Below the pieces are notes generated by a model, which saw only the letters and a list, made by a program, of their open reading frames with translations, was not told where the DNA came from and ran no database searches. Below, piece by piece: positions 11,677 to 23,100 of a stretch of DNA of 64,000 nt. The first letter of the stretch is position 1. Each line of letters begins with the position of its first letter. Made by a program: the position numbers and the translations under genes. The DNA is from Amphiscolops sp. MND2022. Its lineage: Eukaryota. Location of the stretch: the NCBI GenBank assembly GCA_964187785.1, contig OZ076409.1:80044001-80108000 (forward strand). Direction: 5' to 3'.

Positions 11677-13615
11677 TGTCGCAGGCTGCCGCCTGTGACG
11701 GTACAAGAATCACTACTACCGCAGAAGGACAGGAAATTGCGGTCGGAACTCTACCAATATATTAGAGGTAAACATTAAAAACACAAACTTTGCTATTATT
11801 TTTTAGTCTACAAGTTGTACCTGTTATCGTTGCGAATTTTACACTTAGTATATAATTTGTTGATATTAGTCCGTTAATGCCCACATTTGAAAATTCAGAT
11901 GCTGTATTGATAATTGTAAGAGCTAGAAGTGCAGTATAAACACGCTGTTATAGCAATAGGTAGGCAGCTAGAAAGCGTAAAGGAAACGAGTTCAAGTGAA
12001 CGTAACTCCAATTCCGGAGACGTCACTTGAGCTCAACCTGCTAGCCAATCATATTCATCCATTTGTGCAATAGTAGTGCTGTATTTAATTAATGGCCGGT
12101 TTAGGCCATATGCCGGGATTTCACCTTTATCTATCGGCGCTTTAGTCAAACGGCCGGTTCCGGCCTTAATGTTTAGATGAAAGGATATTAATGCGAGCAC
12201 TGTTGCGTTTCGTTAAATAGTAGTCTAATCACGTTGCTGTACTAATTAAACGTTCATTTCGGCTAATTGGCGCTTTATTTTGTCCATTCCAATATTAGGC
12301 CGAATAAGGCCGTTTGCCTGATTTCTACCCTCTGTTGCTGTGACCAATTGGACAGTGGCCGGTTGAGGCCCCTTCTCAATGCTATTATTCAGATGTTAAT
12401 TACGACCATTTAGTGTACTTTAAATGTCACGTATAATTACAAGTACACCGTAAAGACTCATGTAACATTGAAATTAATTGGTGTAATCAATACCAATGTA
12501 TGATGTTGCTACCAATATTAGTCCAAAGGACATGTCTGACCATATTTACTAGTTGACACATGGAATCTACGTGCATATTATATAAAGGAAAATGTGTGCT
12601 GTTACATGTAACATTGATGTATACAAGTTGATGTAGCCTGCTAACGGGGCACGTGCCGACACGAGATTGTCAGCATTCCTGAAATATTAGCGGCGTAAAC
12701 ATTTTAATCGATGCTATTTGATGTACCGTGTGCCTTTTGAATACTTGTTACAGTTGTCAAAACAGGAATTTGATCGGCCGCGTGACCTTACGATCACGAT
12801 TCGGCGGCACTTTGATGCTTGCATAGTCGAGTTAAGTCAGGTGCTTTCGGAATGTGTTTGTAACATTTTTTAGCTGTTTGCATCATGTTTATCCCGCCCA
12901 AGGAAGTATATATAGGGGCAACTTCCTTTGGGTGGACACAGTTTTTGTTTTGCTCCCAGTATTCAGTTGATAACACTTTCTCGTTAACAATCACCAATTC
13001 TGTTTTCCGGTTTTAATAATTTAATTATTCAACCCGGTTTAGTCTTAATGCCTACTACCAGAAAGCAAAAGAAGGCGAGGAGATCTAGGGGATTAGAGAT
13101 TCTCTCTGACATTGAAAACCTTGACATAATGTTAGGTGAAAATCACTTCAATGATATGAGAAGAGACGAAAGTCTCGATGAAACTTCCGTTAGAAGGCAA
13201 GAAAGTGTTACAAGCAATAACTTAGAAAATGAGGAAATGGATCTCCACTCTGATCATAGAAATCCCGAAACTGGGACTAGTGCCGGCTACGACCGGATCA
13301 CAGCAAGTATAGATTCTCAAGCTGAGATCAATAAGTTATCGTGTGAACTAAACTCTAGAAAATCTAGGGAGATGGACGAGATGATGAACAGTGTTAGTTC
13401 TCAAATCCAGAGAGCCATAAGTGATGCCATCAATAACCAAGTTTTGCCACAAATTCAAAACGTTGTTATGGCCGGTTCAGGACAAGAGACCGGAAGGGGA
13501 TGGGAGAGATCCGACGAGAGACCGGAAAATTATTCCGAAGTTCAGCATAACGCGAAAACTAGAACTACCTTCAATAATGAACATGGTGGAAGACCACAAC
13601 GTAATGTTCATGACA
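11677..13615 (+). repeat. 5' LTR (1939 bp)
   Basis: Near-identical to 26057-27994 (about 7 differences seen by eye); followed directly by TGG PBS. Confidence 0.96.
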
Positions 13616-14742
13616 TGGTGACAGGAGACAACGAATCTCCAAATCCAGTTCCTGAGTTTCTCACAGGACGAATCTCATCCAGAAATCATCTCGACAGGTC
13701 CTTTGAGGACATCCACCTCGACACGACGATCCCAGCACAAGAAAGAATCGCTACGGCTGCTGACTCCGACCCCATCACCCGACTGGCAGACGTCTTGACT
13801 ACGATGCAGAATAGACCGACAGCCCAGCAACTCACAATACGCCCAGTCAACTCAAATACTATGACATTTGATGGCAAAAGCGAGAAATTCGAGCTGTTCG
13901 AAGACCTATTTCACACTATGATCAAGATGCAGCCAGAAATGACTGAGCAAATGAAGATCAATCACTTCCACTCTTTATTGAGGAAGAATGCTCTTCAGAC
14001 GTTCAGAAATATCAGCTCAAGCAACCGACAAACTCTAGAGGACGTATTAGTCATCTTTAGACGAAAATACGTCAAACCCGAATCACAGGCGACTGCCAAA
14101 CATAAATGGCACCGTCTAGTCTTCGATCCCAATACGATGAAGCTGCCTGATTTTCTCGAAGAATTGAACCAGGGAGCCGAGAAGGCGTTTGGCGATCATG
14201 CACAGAAAATGATTGACAGCTTGCTCTACGCAAAGCTGCCACCTAAGTTGAAGCGATCTGTCAACATGGCCAGATTAGAAAATGGCTCATATGATGAAAT
14301 TGTTGCTCATTTGGAGAGAGAGTTGGAACTCAATGCCCTTGAGGAATCAGATGACCTACCAATGGCCACAATGACTTCCTCATCTACAAAACCTAAAACT
14401 CCTCTATCCACAGGGCAATTGTTTGATATCACTTGCAATTACTGCAAGGAAAAGGGCCATATGGTCAAGGACTGCGAAAAACTGAAAAAGAAAAAAGAAA
14501 AAGATGCCCAACAAGGCAAGTCGACACAGAAGAAAACATACCCGGAGTGTGGCACTTGTGGGAAAAAGAACCACCCGGAAGAGAGATGTTGGCAAGGTGC
14601 TGGTGCACATCTTAAACCCAAACTCACTAGACCTGAGGACTCAACTGACAACAAACCCAATCCCAAGGCTCAGAAACCTCAGACCAAACCGACATCATCG
14701 AGCTGCCAATCTTCATACCCTAATGATGAGTCAAAAAACTAA
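13048..14742 (+). CDS. gag: Gag (564 aa) starting inside the 5' LTR, two CCHC zinc knuckles
   Basis: TFDGKSEKFELFEDLF capsid-like motif; CNYCKEKGHMVKDC and CGTCGKKNHPEERC (CX2CX4HX4C). Confidence 0.92.
   Translation: MPTTRKQKKARRSRGLEILSDIENLDIMLGENHFNDMRRDESLDETSVRRQESVTSNNLENEEMDLHSDHRNPETGTSAGYDRITASIDSQAEINKLSCELNSRKSREMDEMMNSVSSQIQRAISDAINNQVLPQIQNVVMAGSGQETGRGWERSDERPENYSEVQHNAKTRTTFNNEHGGRPQRNVHDMVTGDNESPNPVPEFLTGRISSRNHLDRSFEDIHLDTTIPAQERIATAADSDPITRLADVLTTMQNRPTAQQLTIRPVNSNTMTFDGKSEKFELFEDLFHTMIKMQPEMTEQMKINHFHSLLRKNALQTFRNISSSNRQTLEDVLVIFRRKYVKPESQATAKHKWHRLVFDPNTMKLPDFLEELNQGAEKAFGDHAQKMIDSLLYAKLPPKLKRSVNMARLENGSYDEIVAHLERELELNALEESDDLPMATMTSSSTKPKTPLSTGQLFDITCNYCKEKGHMVKDCEKLKKKKEKDAQQGKSTQKKTYPECGTCGKKNHPEERCWQGAGAHLKPKLTRPEDSTDNKPNPKAQKPQTKPTSSSCQSSYPNDESKN
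13616..13627 (+). promoter_or_regulatory. Primer binding site TGGTGACAGGAG (tRNA-Leu-like, inferred)
   Basis: Begins with TGG immediately after the LTR CA; resembles the tRNA-Leu PBS TGGTGTCAGGAG. Confidence 0.75.
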
Positions 14743-17700
14743 CTTCGCCACGACTCCAATATAACGAATTAATATCTGTCCGACAATACATCAGATCGGA
14801 CCCTCCAACGCAAACCTTCCACCAATACAAGCAGCAATTGATGGGCTACCCCTCTGTTGTCTGGCAGCAGCAGATGGAAAAAGCTACCATCATCACCTAC
14901 AATAATACCTATTTATTCCAGAAACCAATTCCTGTTTGGGACCCTGATTACACCACTACCTTCACCACCCGATTCAGGCCCATTCCCCTAATCGATGATT
15001 ACAACCCAACATACATCGATCCAGACTACGGCAGAGACCCCTATTGGGACACAGAACTTTACAACCAAGACTCACTGCAATTTCAATATGTCCTGGACGA
15101 TATTGACCTTTACAACAGAACAGTCCACGAGAATCCTCCAATTACCCATAACAAGAAAACACGAGCGCTAATCGAAAACTGGCAAATGAATGATGGTACA
15201 AACCACCCAGTGTTTCCAAACCCACTGGGGACCGAGAATACTGAAAACAGTGGTGAAATCACGCCAAAATCATTATTAGATGAAAAACAGTTCCAAAATG
15301 TACTCATCACCAAAGATGGTGAACCAGACTGTATACCCCTGTCAACCAACATCAACCTCAAATGCAAGAAACGCATGCTTTATTTCCCAATGGACTTTGG
15401 GGAATTGACCATTGATGGACTAATAGACACTGGGGCACTGTCCAGTGCAATACCTGAAATGGACCTCCGGAAAATCCGCCTTCTATCTCCACAATCTGTT
15501 ATCCGAGAAGGTCCGCCTCCAAACTTCCAAATCATGGTCGCTAATGGGCAACTGGAAACTCCTAAGAAAACCATAGAGCTCAAATTTGAAGTTGGTGACA
15601 TTGAGTTCCATGAAATTTTTATAGTAATGGAACATTTGACAGGACCGATCATTGGACTAATGTTCCTTCAGAGAAACCATACAGTGCTGGACATGAGACA
15701 AGGGATACTGAATTTCCCGTTCTTTTCAATGCAGCTCAAAACAGCTGACCATAAGTACTCAAACGTACTTGAACCAATCCTCAACCCTGCTGAAATAACC
15801 ATTCCGCCAAATGACAGAGTCCTAATCCGGACTAATTCCTTACTATACCCTGAAAATGCTGTCACTGGGATCTTGCAACCGAGCGACCTTCTACATGAAG
15901 AAGGCGACATAACATTCTGCCCAGCCTTGGTCACTCTGAATGACGGCAATATAATGATACCAGTAAACAATTTCACAGACCACCCTTATAAACTCAAAAA
16001 GGGACTTCATATTGCCAATTTCTCTGTCATGACGCCAGAACAGATGAAGTATGTCAAACCGGTAGATCCGGCATCAACCTGGCACCTTTTGCAGAATGAC
16101 CAAGAGCAAGCAGCCCATTATATCAGCAGTCTCATCAAAACCAATAGAAATCCACAAAACACTGAAAATTACTGGTTCCCAACTCCAGAAAATCCTGGAA
16201 ATCCTGAGGAACACACACCTATACAAAAACGAATCCTACGCGAGTTACAGGCCTTACAAGACCTGGAAACACTCGACCCCACTACAGATGCAGAATCGCG
16301 TGCGAAATTCCTAGAAAACTTTGACTGGAAGGATTCCACCCTTACTCCTGAAGAGAAGGAGAAAATTGAGGAATTGTTAGTGGAATTCCATGACATCTTT
16401 GCACGACACCGATTTGATATAGGCATAAACGAGGAATTCAAGGTGAAACTGACGCCAAAGGACGATTCCCCGGCCTATAGTCAAAGCCTTCCAGCTCCTA
16501 TCAATTTGAAGGAGGACATCCTAGTCGAATTAGCCATGCTACACAAATATGGCATCATCACCACCCTACCGTTCTCAAAATATGCGAGTCCAATATTTGC
16601 ACAGAAGAAACCGAACGGGAAACTCCGACTCTTGGTTGACTTGAGAAAAATCAACAACCTCATCTCCGATGATTACATCAACAATAATCATCCCGTCAGT
16701 ACACTATTTGATGCTGCCCAACACTTGGCAGGCAAAAAACTGTTCTGTAAATTAGACTGTTCGCAAGCATATCACTGCCTACCAATGGCCGACCAACGTT
16801 CAATTGAAATGTTGGCTTTCAGCATTCGCCTACAGGCGTTTAGCACAAGGCCTTAGTCGGTCACTATCCGCATTCTCGAGTTTCATGAGAGAATACCTTG
16901 ACAAATTCATTAAAGCGGATCAATGTGCCCAGTATGTGGACGATATCGGCATCGCAGCCAATGATGTCGATCACCTCATGACGAACCTGAGAGCCACGTT
17001 CAAATGCATTCAGGAAGCAGGCCTTAAGTTGACAATGCACAAATGTCACTTCGGTGCAAAAGAAATTGATTTTCTCGGACGGACTATTACCCCACAAGGC
17101 GTCAAACCTCAGAAACAGAACGTACAAAACTTTCTGGAAAAGACCAAATTCCCAAAGTCGAAAAAGGCTTTACAACGCTATTTGGGATTCCTAAACTATT
17201 ACAGGAATTATGTCCCAAGACTCTCCGAACGCCTTGCTCCATTCTACAAGATGCTCAAAGGTGACGAAAAAGTCCTAGTATCGAAAAAATTAGTCCAACA
17301 ATTCGAAGAAATCAATAGGGCGCTAGACAAATGTTGCGACTTGGCCCTACAACAACCCATTCCGAACAAACAAATAGCACTAATGACTGATGCAAGTTTT
17401 GGTGCAGCCGGATACGCGGTCCTAATCGAAGACGACCCAAGCCAGAAATTTACGTCACTCAGAAAATCATATGCACCAGTTGCATATGGATCAAAAACTT
17501 TCACCCCAGCGCAGATAAAGATGTCAATTTATGCCAAGGAATTCCTTGCAATTTATTTTGCATTCAAAGAATTCGGACATATATTTTGGGGTGCGCCGAA
17601 ACCGGTCATCATCCTTACAGACAACAAAGCTGTTACGAGATTTTTCCAAACAAAAATAATACCCCCAGCCCTGTGGAACGCGTGTGATTATGTCATTCAG

Positions 17701-19932
17701 TTCAATTTTGTCATAGCACACATCCCAGGGGCACAAAATACAGCCGCCGACTACTTGTCCCGATTGGAAGCAGATCCAAAGGACAAATTGGTGATGAAAA
17801 TTCGTGAAGATGTGCAAACACTACCAATCGAAATCAATGTCCAATCCGCAGGGGTGTCACAGGAAGAACAAATCTTCTACACCAATGACGACGATGAGAC
17901 AGAGGAACAGTTTTGGGCAAGAAAAGAAGCAATCAGGAAAAATCCAGCAACTGATGAGCCCACTGTCACTATACAAACTCTGTCAACAAATCTGGTCAAG
18001 CAACACCCCGACATACAAGTCCGATTGAGGAAGACAAACCAGATCATTATCGAACAATCCAAAGATGCGGTACTACAACAATTGGAAGCAAAATTCCTTC
18101 ATGAAGATTATTCAGAAAACATACTACAGCAGGATGCCAGATACAGACACTATGCAAATAATCTGGAACGAATTGTACTAAAGGACGAAATCCTGACAAG
18201 GCAATACTTCGATGAAATAGGGAATGTTAAATACCATCAAATTCTACTCCCGCAACATTTACTCCAGGAATTACTCCAATCCCTTCACGGGACAGCGCAT
18301 AAACATCCTGGGATTTCAAAAATGCTGCAGGAAATTCGACAGAGGTATTACTACCCTAACATGGCTAAACACGTCAAAAAGTGGGTAGAAGGGTGCGAAC
18401 AATGTGCCAGAGACAAAAGAGTCCCTAACACAACGATCACACCTGAGCTGCTCAACTTGCTCGAATGGGACCTCGGACCTGAAGACGCCATGCAAATAGA
18501 CCTACTGCCGAATCTTCCCCCAAGTGGTGGGTATGAAAACGTCTTAACAGCAATTGATGTATTCTCCAGATATTTGTTTGCCTATCCCCTTACGGACGCA
18601 TCAGCAATCAATGTAGCAAAAGCGCTCATTGACATTATGACTAAACACTCATATCTACCAACAACTCTTATCACTGATAAAGGTACTGCATTTACTTCTA
18701 CACTTATTGCAGAGGTTACGCAGATTTTGGGCATCACACTCAAATGTGCAACGACAAAACACCCGCAGACAATTGGGAAATTGGAGCGAACCCATGCCTC
18801 ATTGAAAACAAATCTCAAAATGGCATGTGGGGAATATCGCCGACAATGGCACAAATACCTGCCATTAGCAGTACTGAATCACAATACTAGTTATCACGCC
18901 AGCATCGGTTGTGAACCGACGAGAGTATTCCATGGAAGAATTCCATTTAATATCTTAGATCACAAACTTGGAAATAATCCAAATGAGCAGATCAACCCCA
19001 CAACCGAATTTGCTGAAGAAATCCAAAACCGGACAAAAATCCTAATTGACAAAACGAAGCAGAACATTATGCAGTCGTATATCAAGTACAAAGAATATTA
19101 CGACCGCAAAGCAAAAGCTGCTCCATTGAAGGAGAATGATTACTGTTTCGTCTTACAGCCGAAAGCGGATCATCAGGGATCAAAAATTCCATTCCGCGAT
19201 TACCGTTGGGTGGGACCATTTGTAGTCCAAAAAGTTTTGCCAAATGAAAACTATATAGTACGACGGATCAATACGAACAAAACTCAAATTTTGCATCGCA
19301 TTCGCCTTAAGAAGTTGGTCCCCAATCAACCGCTTGAGGATAATTTCCGAGAACAACGTCTGCAGCCAGACGAAGAAATTGTCATTCCGCAAGATGACCT
19401 ATACGTCATAGCGTGGGAAACAGATTTTGGCGAACAGCTAGTTACACGAGACAACGAGCCTATTCCGACTAGCGTGCCGAATGGCGAACAACCGAATGCG
19501 GCACAACCGAATACACGTGACGTACACGAGAATGAAGTGGATTATGTAATCACGAGCGATGAAACAAATCTTGCTGATCGTGCGTCGCATAGCCGGAATG
19601 AACGATTAATTGATGACGTCACTACAAGAAATGAAGCTAGTGAACAGCCCAGAAATGAAGAACCTGATTGGCCGAATCCGGCCATTTCCCCAAAAAGCCA
19701 TGAAAAATCTTTGCCGGATACGGCAGACAGCCTAAAAGACAAAGAAATTTTACCCGATGAAAATTTTAGAAATGAAATCGATGTACCAAATTCTCCGAAA
19801 AAGGGGGATGATATTATCGTGCCCGAAATATCTGAAAACGATACTAGAAATGAAAGTCTGAGCCCTAGAGGAGGGAAATATAACCTCAGGCCTAACCCTA
19901 ACCCAAACTACTCAGAAGACTTTAGATACTAA
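14730..19932 (+). CDS. pol: Pol (protease, dUTPase-like segment, RT, RNase H, integrase); broken by one frameshift near 16820
   Basis: LIDTGA (PR); KLDCSQAY and QYVDD (RT); TDAS, KEFLAI, TDNK (RH); H..HKHPG..CEQC, IDL, TDKG, LERTH (INT). Frames 14838-16856 and 16804-19932 switch where about 14 nt of RT appear to be missing. Confidence 0.92.
14733..14739 (+). promoter_or_regulatory. -1 ribosomal frameshift slippery heptamer A AAA AAC
   Basis: Directly precedes the gag stop TAA (14740-14742); the pol (-1) frame opens only at 14730 after stops at 14721, 14724 and 14727. Confidence 0.85.
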
Positions 19933-20157
19933 AGAATTGAATTCTCCCGACAGTGGGAGTTCTTTTCTTCTATCGTTTTATTTCTTTTGACCCCTCAAGT
20001 GTTTTTTTTTCAAAAAATAATTGGGGCATTACAAACGATCCCCCGCAAGGAAAATAAATACGGGATCAAGAAACCAAGAACAACAAGATGAAACAAATAA
20101 TACAAACAGAAATGAACAAAGTTTACAGTCTGAAAGTACATAAATACATATGTACAT

Positions 20158-23100
20158 TTAGTCTTTAGAGGACCCTTGAATGGCTTTCTTGGATGCAGAC
20201 GAAATTGTAGAACTGCTACTACCTGCTCGCTTCCTCTGCTTCTTGGAAGGCACCTTCACAGCTGAATCACCAGGGATGGACGAGGCGGTATCCTTTTCTA
20301 TCCGGACAGAACGAGTAGAAGGAACTGCAGTAACGGCCTTATAGGAAGTGAGAAGACTCTTGTAGATCTTAGACCTATCAAACTCATCCACAAGGGTCCA
20401 CGGATCGTAGTCAGCAGAGAAAGCAGAACGCTCGAACGAGGAACTGAGAACTGAGAACTTCTCTAAATTGACATCCGAGCAGCAATGAGAAATGGAATTG
20501 GGCACACAGGAAAGGTAACTCTGGCAAGGCACCACTAGATCGGCAAAACGGCCCTGACACCCCGTTGTGTCAACACTCCCGAACAGTACTGGGGGATATT
20601 GAGGGCTAACACTAGTCAGACACAAGCAGCAGAGTTTGAACAGATAGGACAGGTGCTCATGAGTTTGGAAAAACTCAAGCCCCATTAAAAAGTCTATAAG
20701 ATCGACGGAATTCTCCATTAGATCGAAATCTGGAGGATAGTTGACCCAGAGGTAGTCCAACAGAGCCAGATATTCGTCTCGACAACTGTTCTCGTTGGCG
20801 CTAGTGACCCATGATCGAAGCTGGAAAGTAGAATATAGCACATCGAAGTGCCGGAGCCCGACCTCAGAAGGCCTTTTGAAAAGCACGAAGGGATCAAAAG
20901 CAGCCAACCCCTTTATCACTTCAGAGCTCAGACCAGCTTGACTAAGGACTTGCTTGACTAGATACTGAATGAATTGCAACGCCTCTTTGACAAAGCTGCT
21001 GGTCGTCTCTGCAGCCGTCTTCTCGATAGCAGCCTTCTCCGATTTCTTGTTCAGGTGTGTGACTTCTGCACTCTGTTTACTAGCTGTAGCTATCCGGTTT
21101 GTGAGACGGTGCCGGATAAGGAAGTCTTCCTCACTCATGAATTTGCCCTCGCTCACCTTAAACCCGAGAAGGAGGAACCACGAGTTCTCGAGGGGAATAG
21201 TTTCTGGCAAATAACATCGGGCGCACAGTTTTGAAACAAAGCGGCAAACCTCCCCACAGAGGAAGAACGAAGCATCACGGCGACCCCGCAGATTGATGGC
21301 GAAACTGGTAACGTCTGAAATACAACAGTCGTGATTATGAGAGGAATAGGATATACAAACGAGACGATGTTGTTAGTGGTTCAACAACTCAAGGAACTAA
21401 ATTATCAGAACGATGTCTTAGTGCACTGACGTGAAATGAAACTGTATACTCACAATCGCCAATTATACGTTGGAAGAATTCCAATTTAGCAACGAAGAAG
21501 AAGTCACAGATGATGGACCACTCGAAGCTTTGGACCTGATTGTGGACTCCTTGCATTGCTTGGTGAGGGGTGTGCGTAGTCAAGTACTGTCTGATTGCCT
21601 TCCAATTCTTCACAAGTTCTCGGCAAAGACTGGGGAGGCTTGGCAAATCTAATTTGCAGGTGTCGATGGCCTTAAATGAACCAAATTGTCTCTCAAATGC
21701 ACTACCTTCAAACCTCTAACTACATGAGTGAACTTAATATACTTACTCTTCCCAGATCAGGAGATTCCAGAACCCAGTCCTCACCAGTAGCAGCTCCCAA
21801 TGAAACGATCAGGCACTTTAGGACAGAGAAGAAGTCGATCCGTCCAAATACGCTGTAGGTGGGCTTGTGCATCATCTTCTGAAGCTGCAACTGCTCAAAA
21901 CGAAAGCAACTCTGCACTGCTCGGGGGAAGAACTCATTGTGATCTATGGTTTGGATCAACTCTACAGGACATCCTGAACAGGCGACGATATCGGCTTTGG
22001 TTGAAACCACAGATAGTAGTCTGGATATCGAACCCAAGTCTCCAGTCAGATCAGCGGAGGGAAGTCCACTTTGGCACACAAAGACGCGACAAAGAGAATC
22101 GCCTTTCCAGAACTTGATGGACATGAGCCTATTCACGCCCACATTCTCAAATTCAATAGCGAAGCATTGGGTGGTAGCAATTTGCTCTGCTAATTCACTC
22201 ATGGCACAATTGAAAATGTGTTGGAAGATGGCCTAAAGAAGAAAAGGACAATTATGGAATGTGTAGGGAATCTATACCCTGAGTAAATGTTAGCCTGAAA
22301 GGGAACTTACCGAGATCCGTTCTTCCCCCAATCAAAGTCGCAATAACTAGTTTGATAGTTCGTCAGAGATCCTATCTGAGCCCACAGTCTGCGGAGTACT
22401 CCAAGATCACCGTGGGTTTGTACGAAGTCTCCAACGAGGTGTATTTGTGTCTTGGCCCTCGATGCAGGAGTGACGAGTGTGGTTGACGTCCCTTTCACGA
22501 AGTCGTCATAGAATGGGAAGCGTTCTCCGATGTCTATTAGTTCGACGTGTATAAATTTGGGGAGTTCTTTCGCCAGTTCAATCTTGGTGAGGATCTTGCC
22601 GTTCCGCCCTCTGACCCGATGCTGCACTTTCCCAGTTACTGGATCAACGCTTTTGAGGTGCTCATAGCGCCACCTTTGATCACGCCTGAGGTGTTTTTCG
22701 GTCCTGTGGTGACGCAGAATCTCCAGTGTGCCCTTAGTTTTTACAGAAATATTCTTCTTACATATATGGCACCACACCATGTAAGGATTATGGAGGGGAT
22801 CAGCTGGCCCGGAGATGAACGATCGGGTCCAGCCAATTTTGGAGAAGAATTCCTCCTTCATTGGAATGCCCCGTGTGTGGCCGCGCCGTTTCTTCTTGGG
22901 TAATTTGCTAGAGCTCGAAGCTAGAGGCTGTGCTGGGGTAGTCTGGGTGCGTAATTCAGAGAGCGTGGCATCGAGACTGGATTGATCGGTGGACTCAAAA
23001 CCTGCTTGGGTAGCGTCAGCTCGAGAAGGTGGAACGCGGCTGAAAGGTCCCTTGAAAGCCTGTGAGATGAGTGCCATCTCGCCAGAACTGTCTGTATCAT

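Noticed and set aside
21421..21431. Alternative donor CAC/gtcagt for the antisense gene
   Set aside because: Gives a frame that stops after ~53 codons; the gtgagt donor at 21453 restores the long frame.
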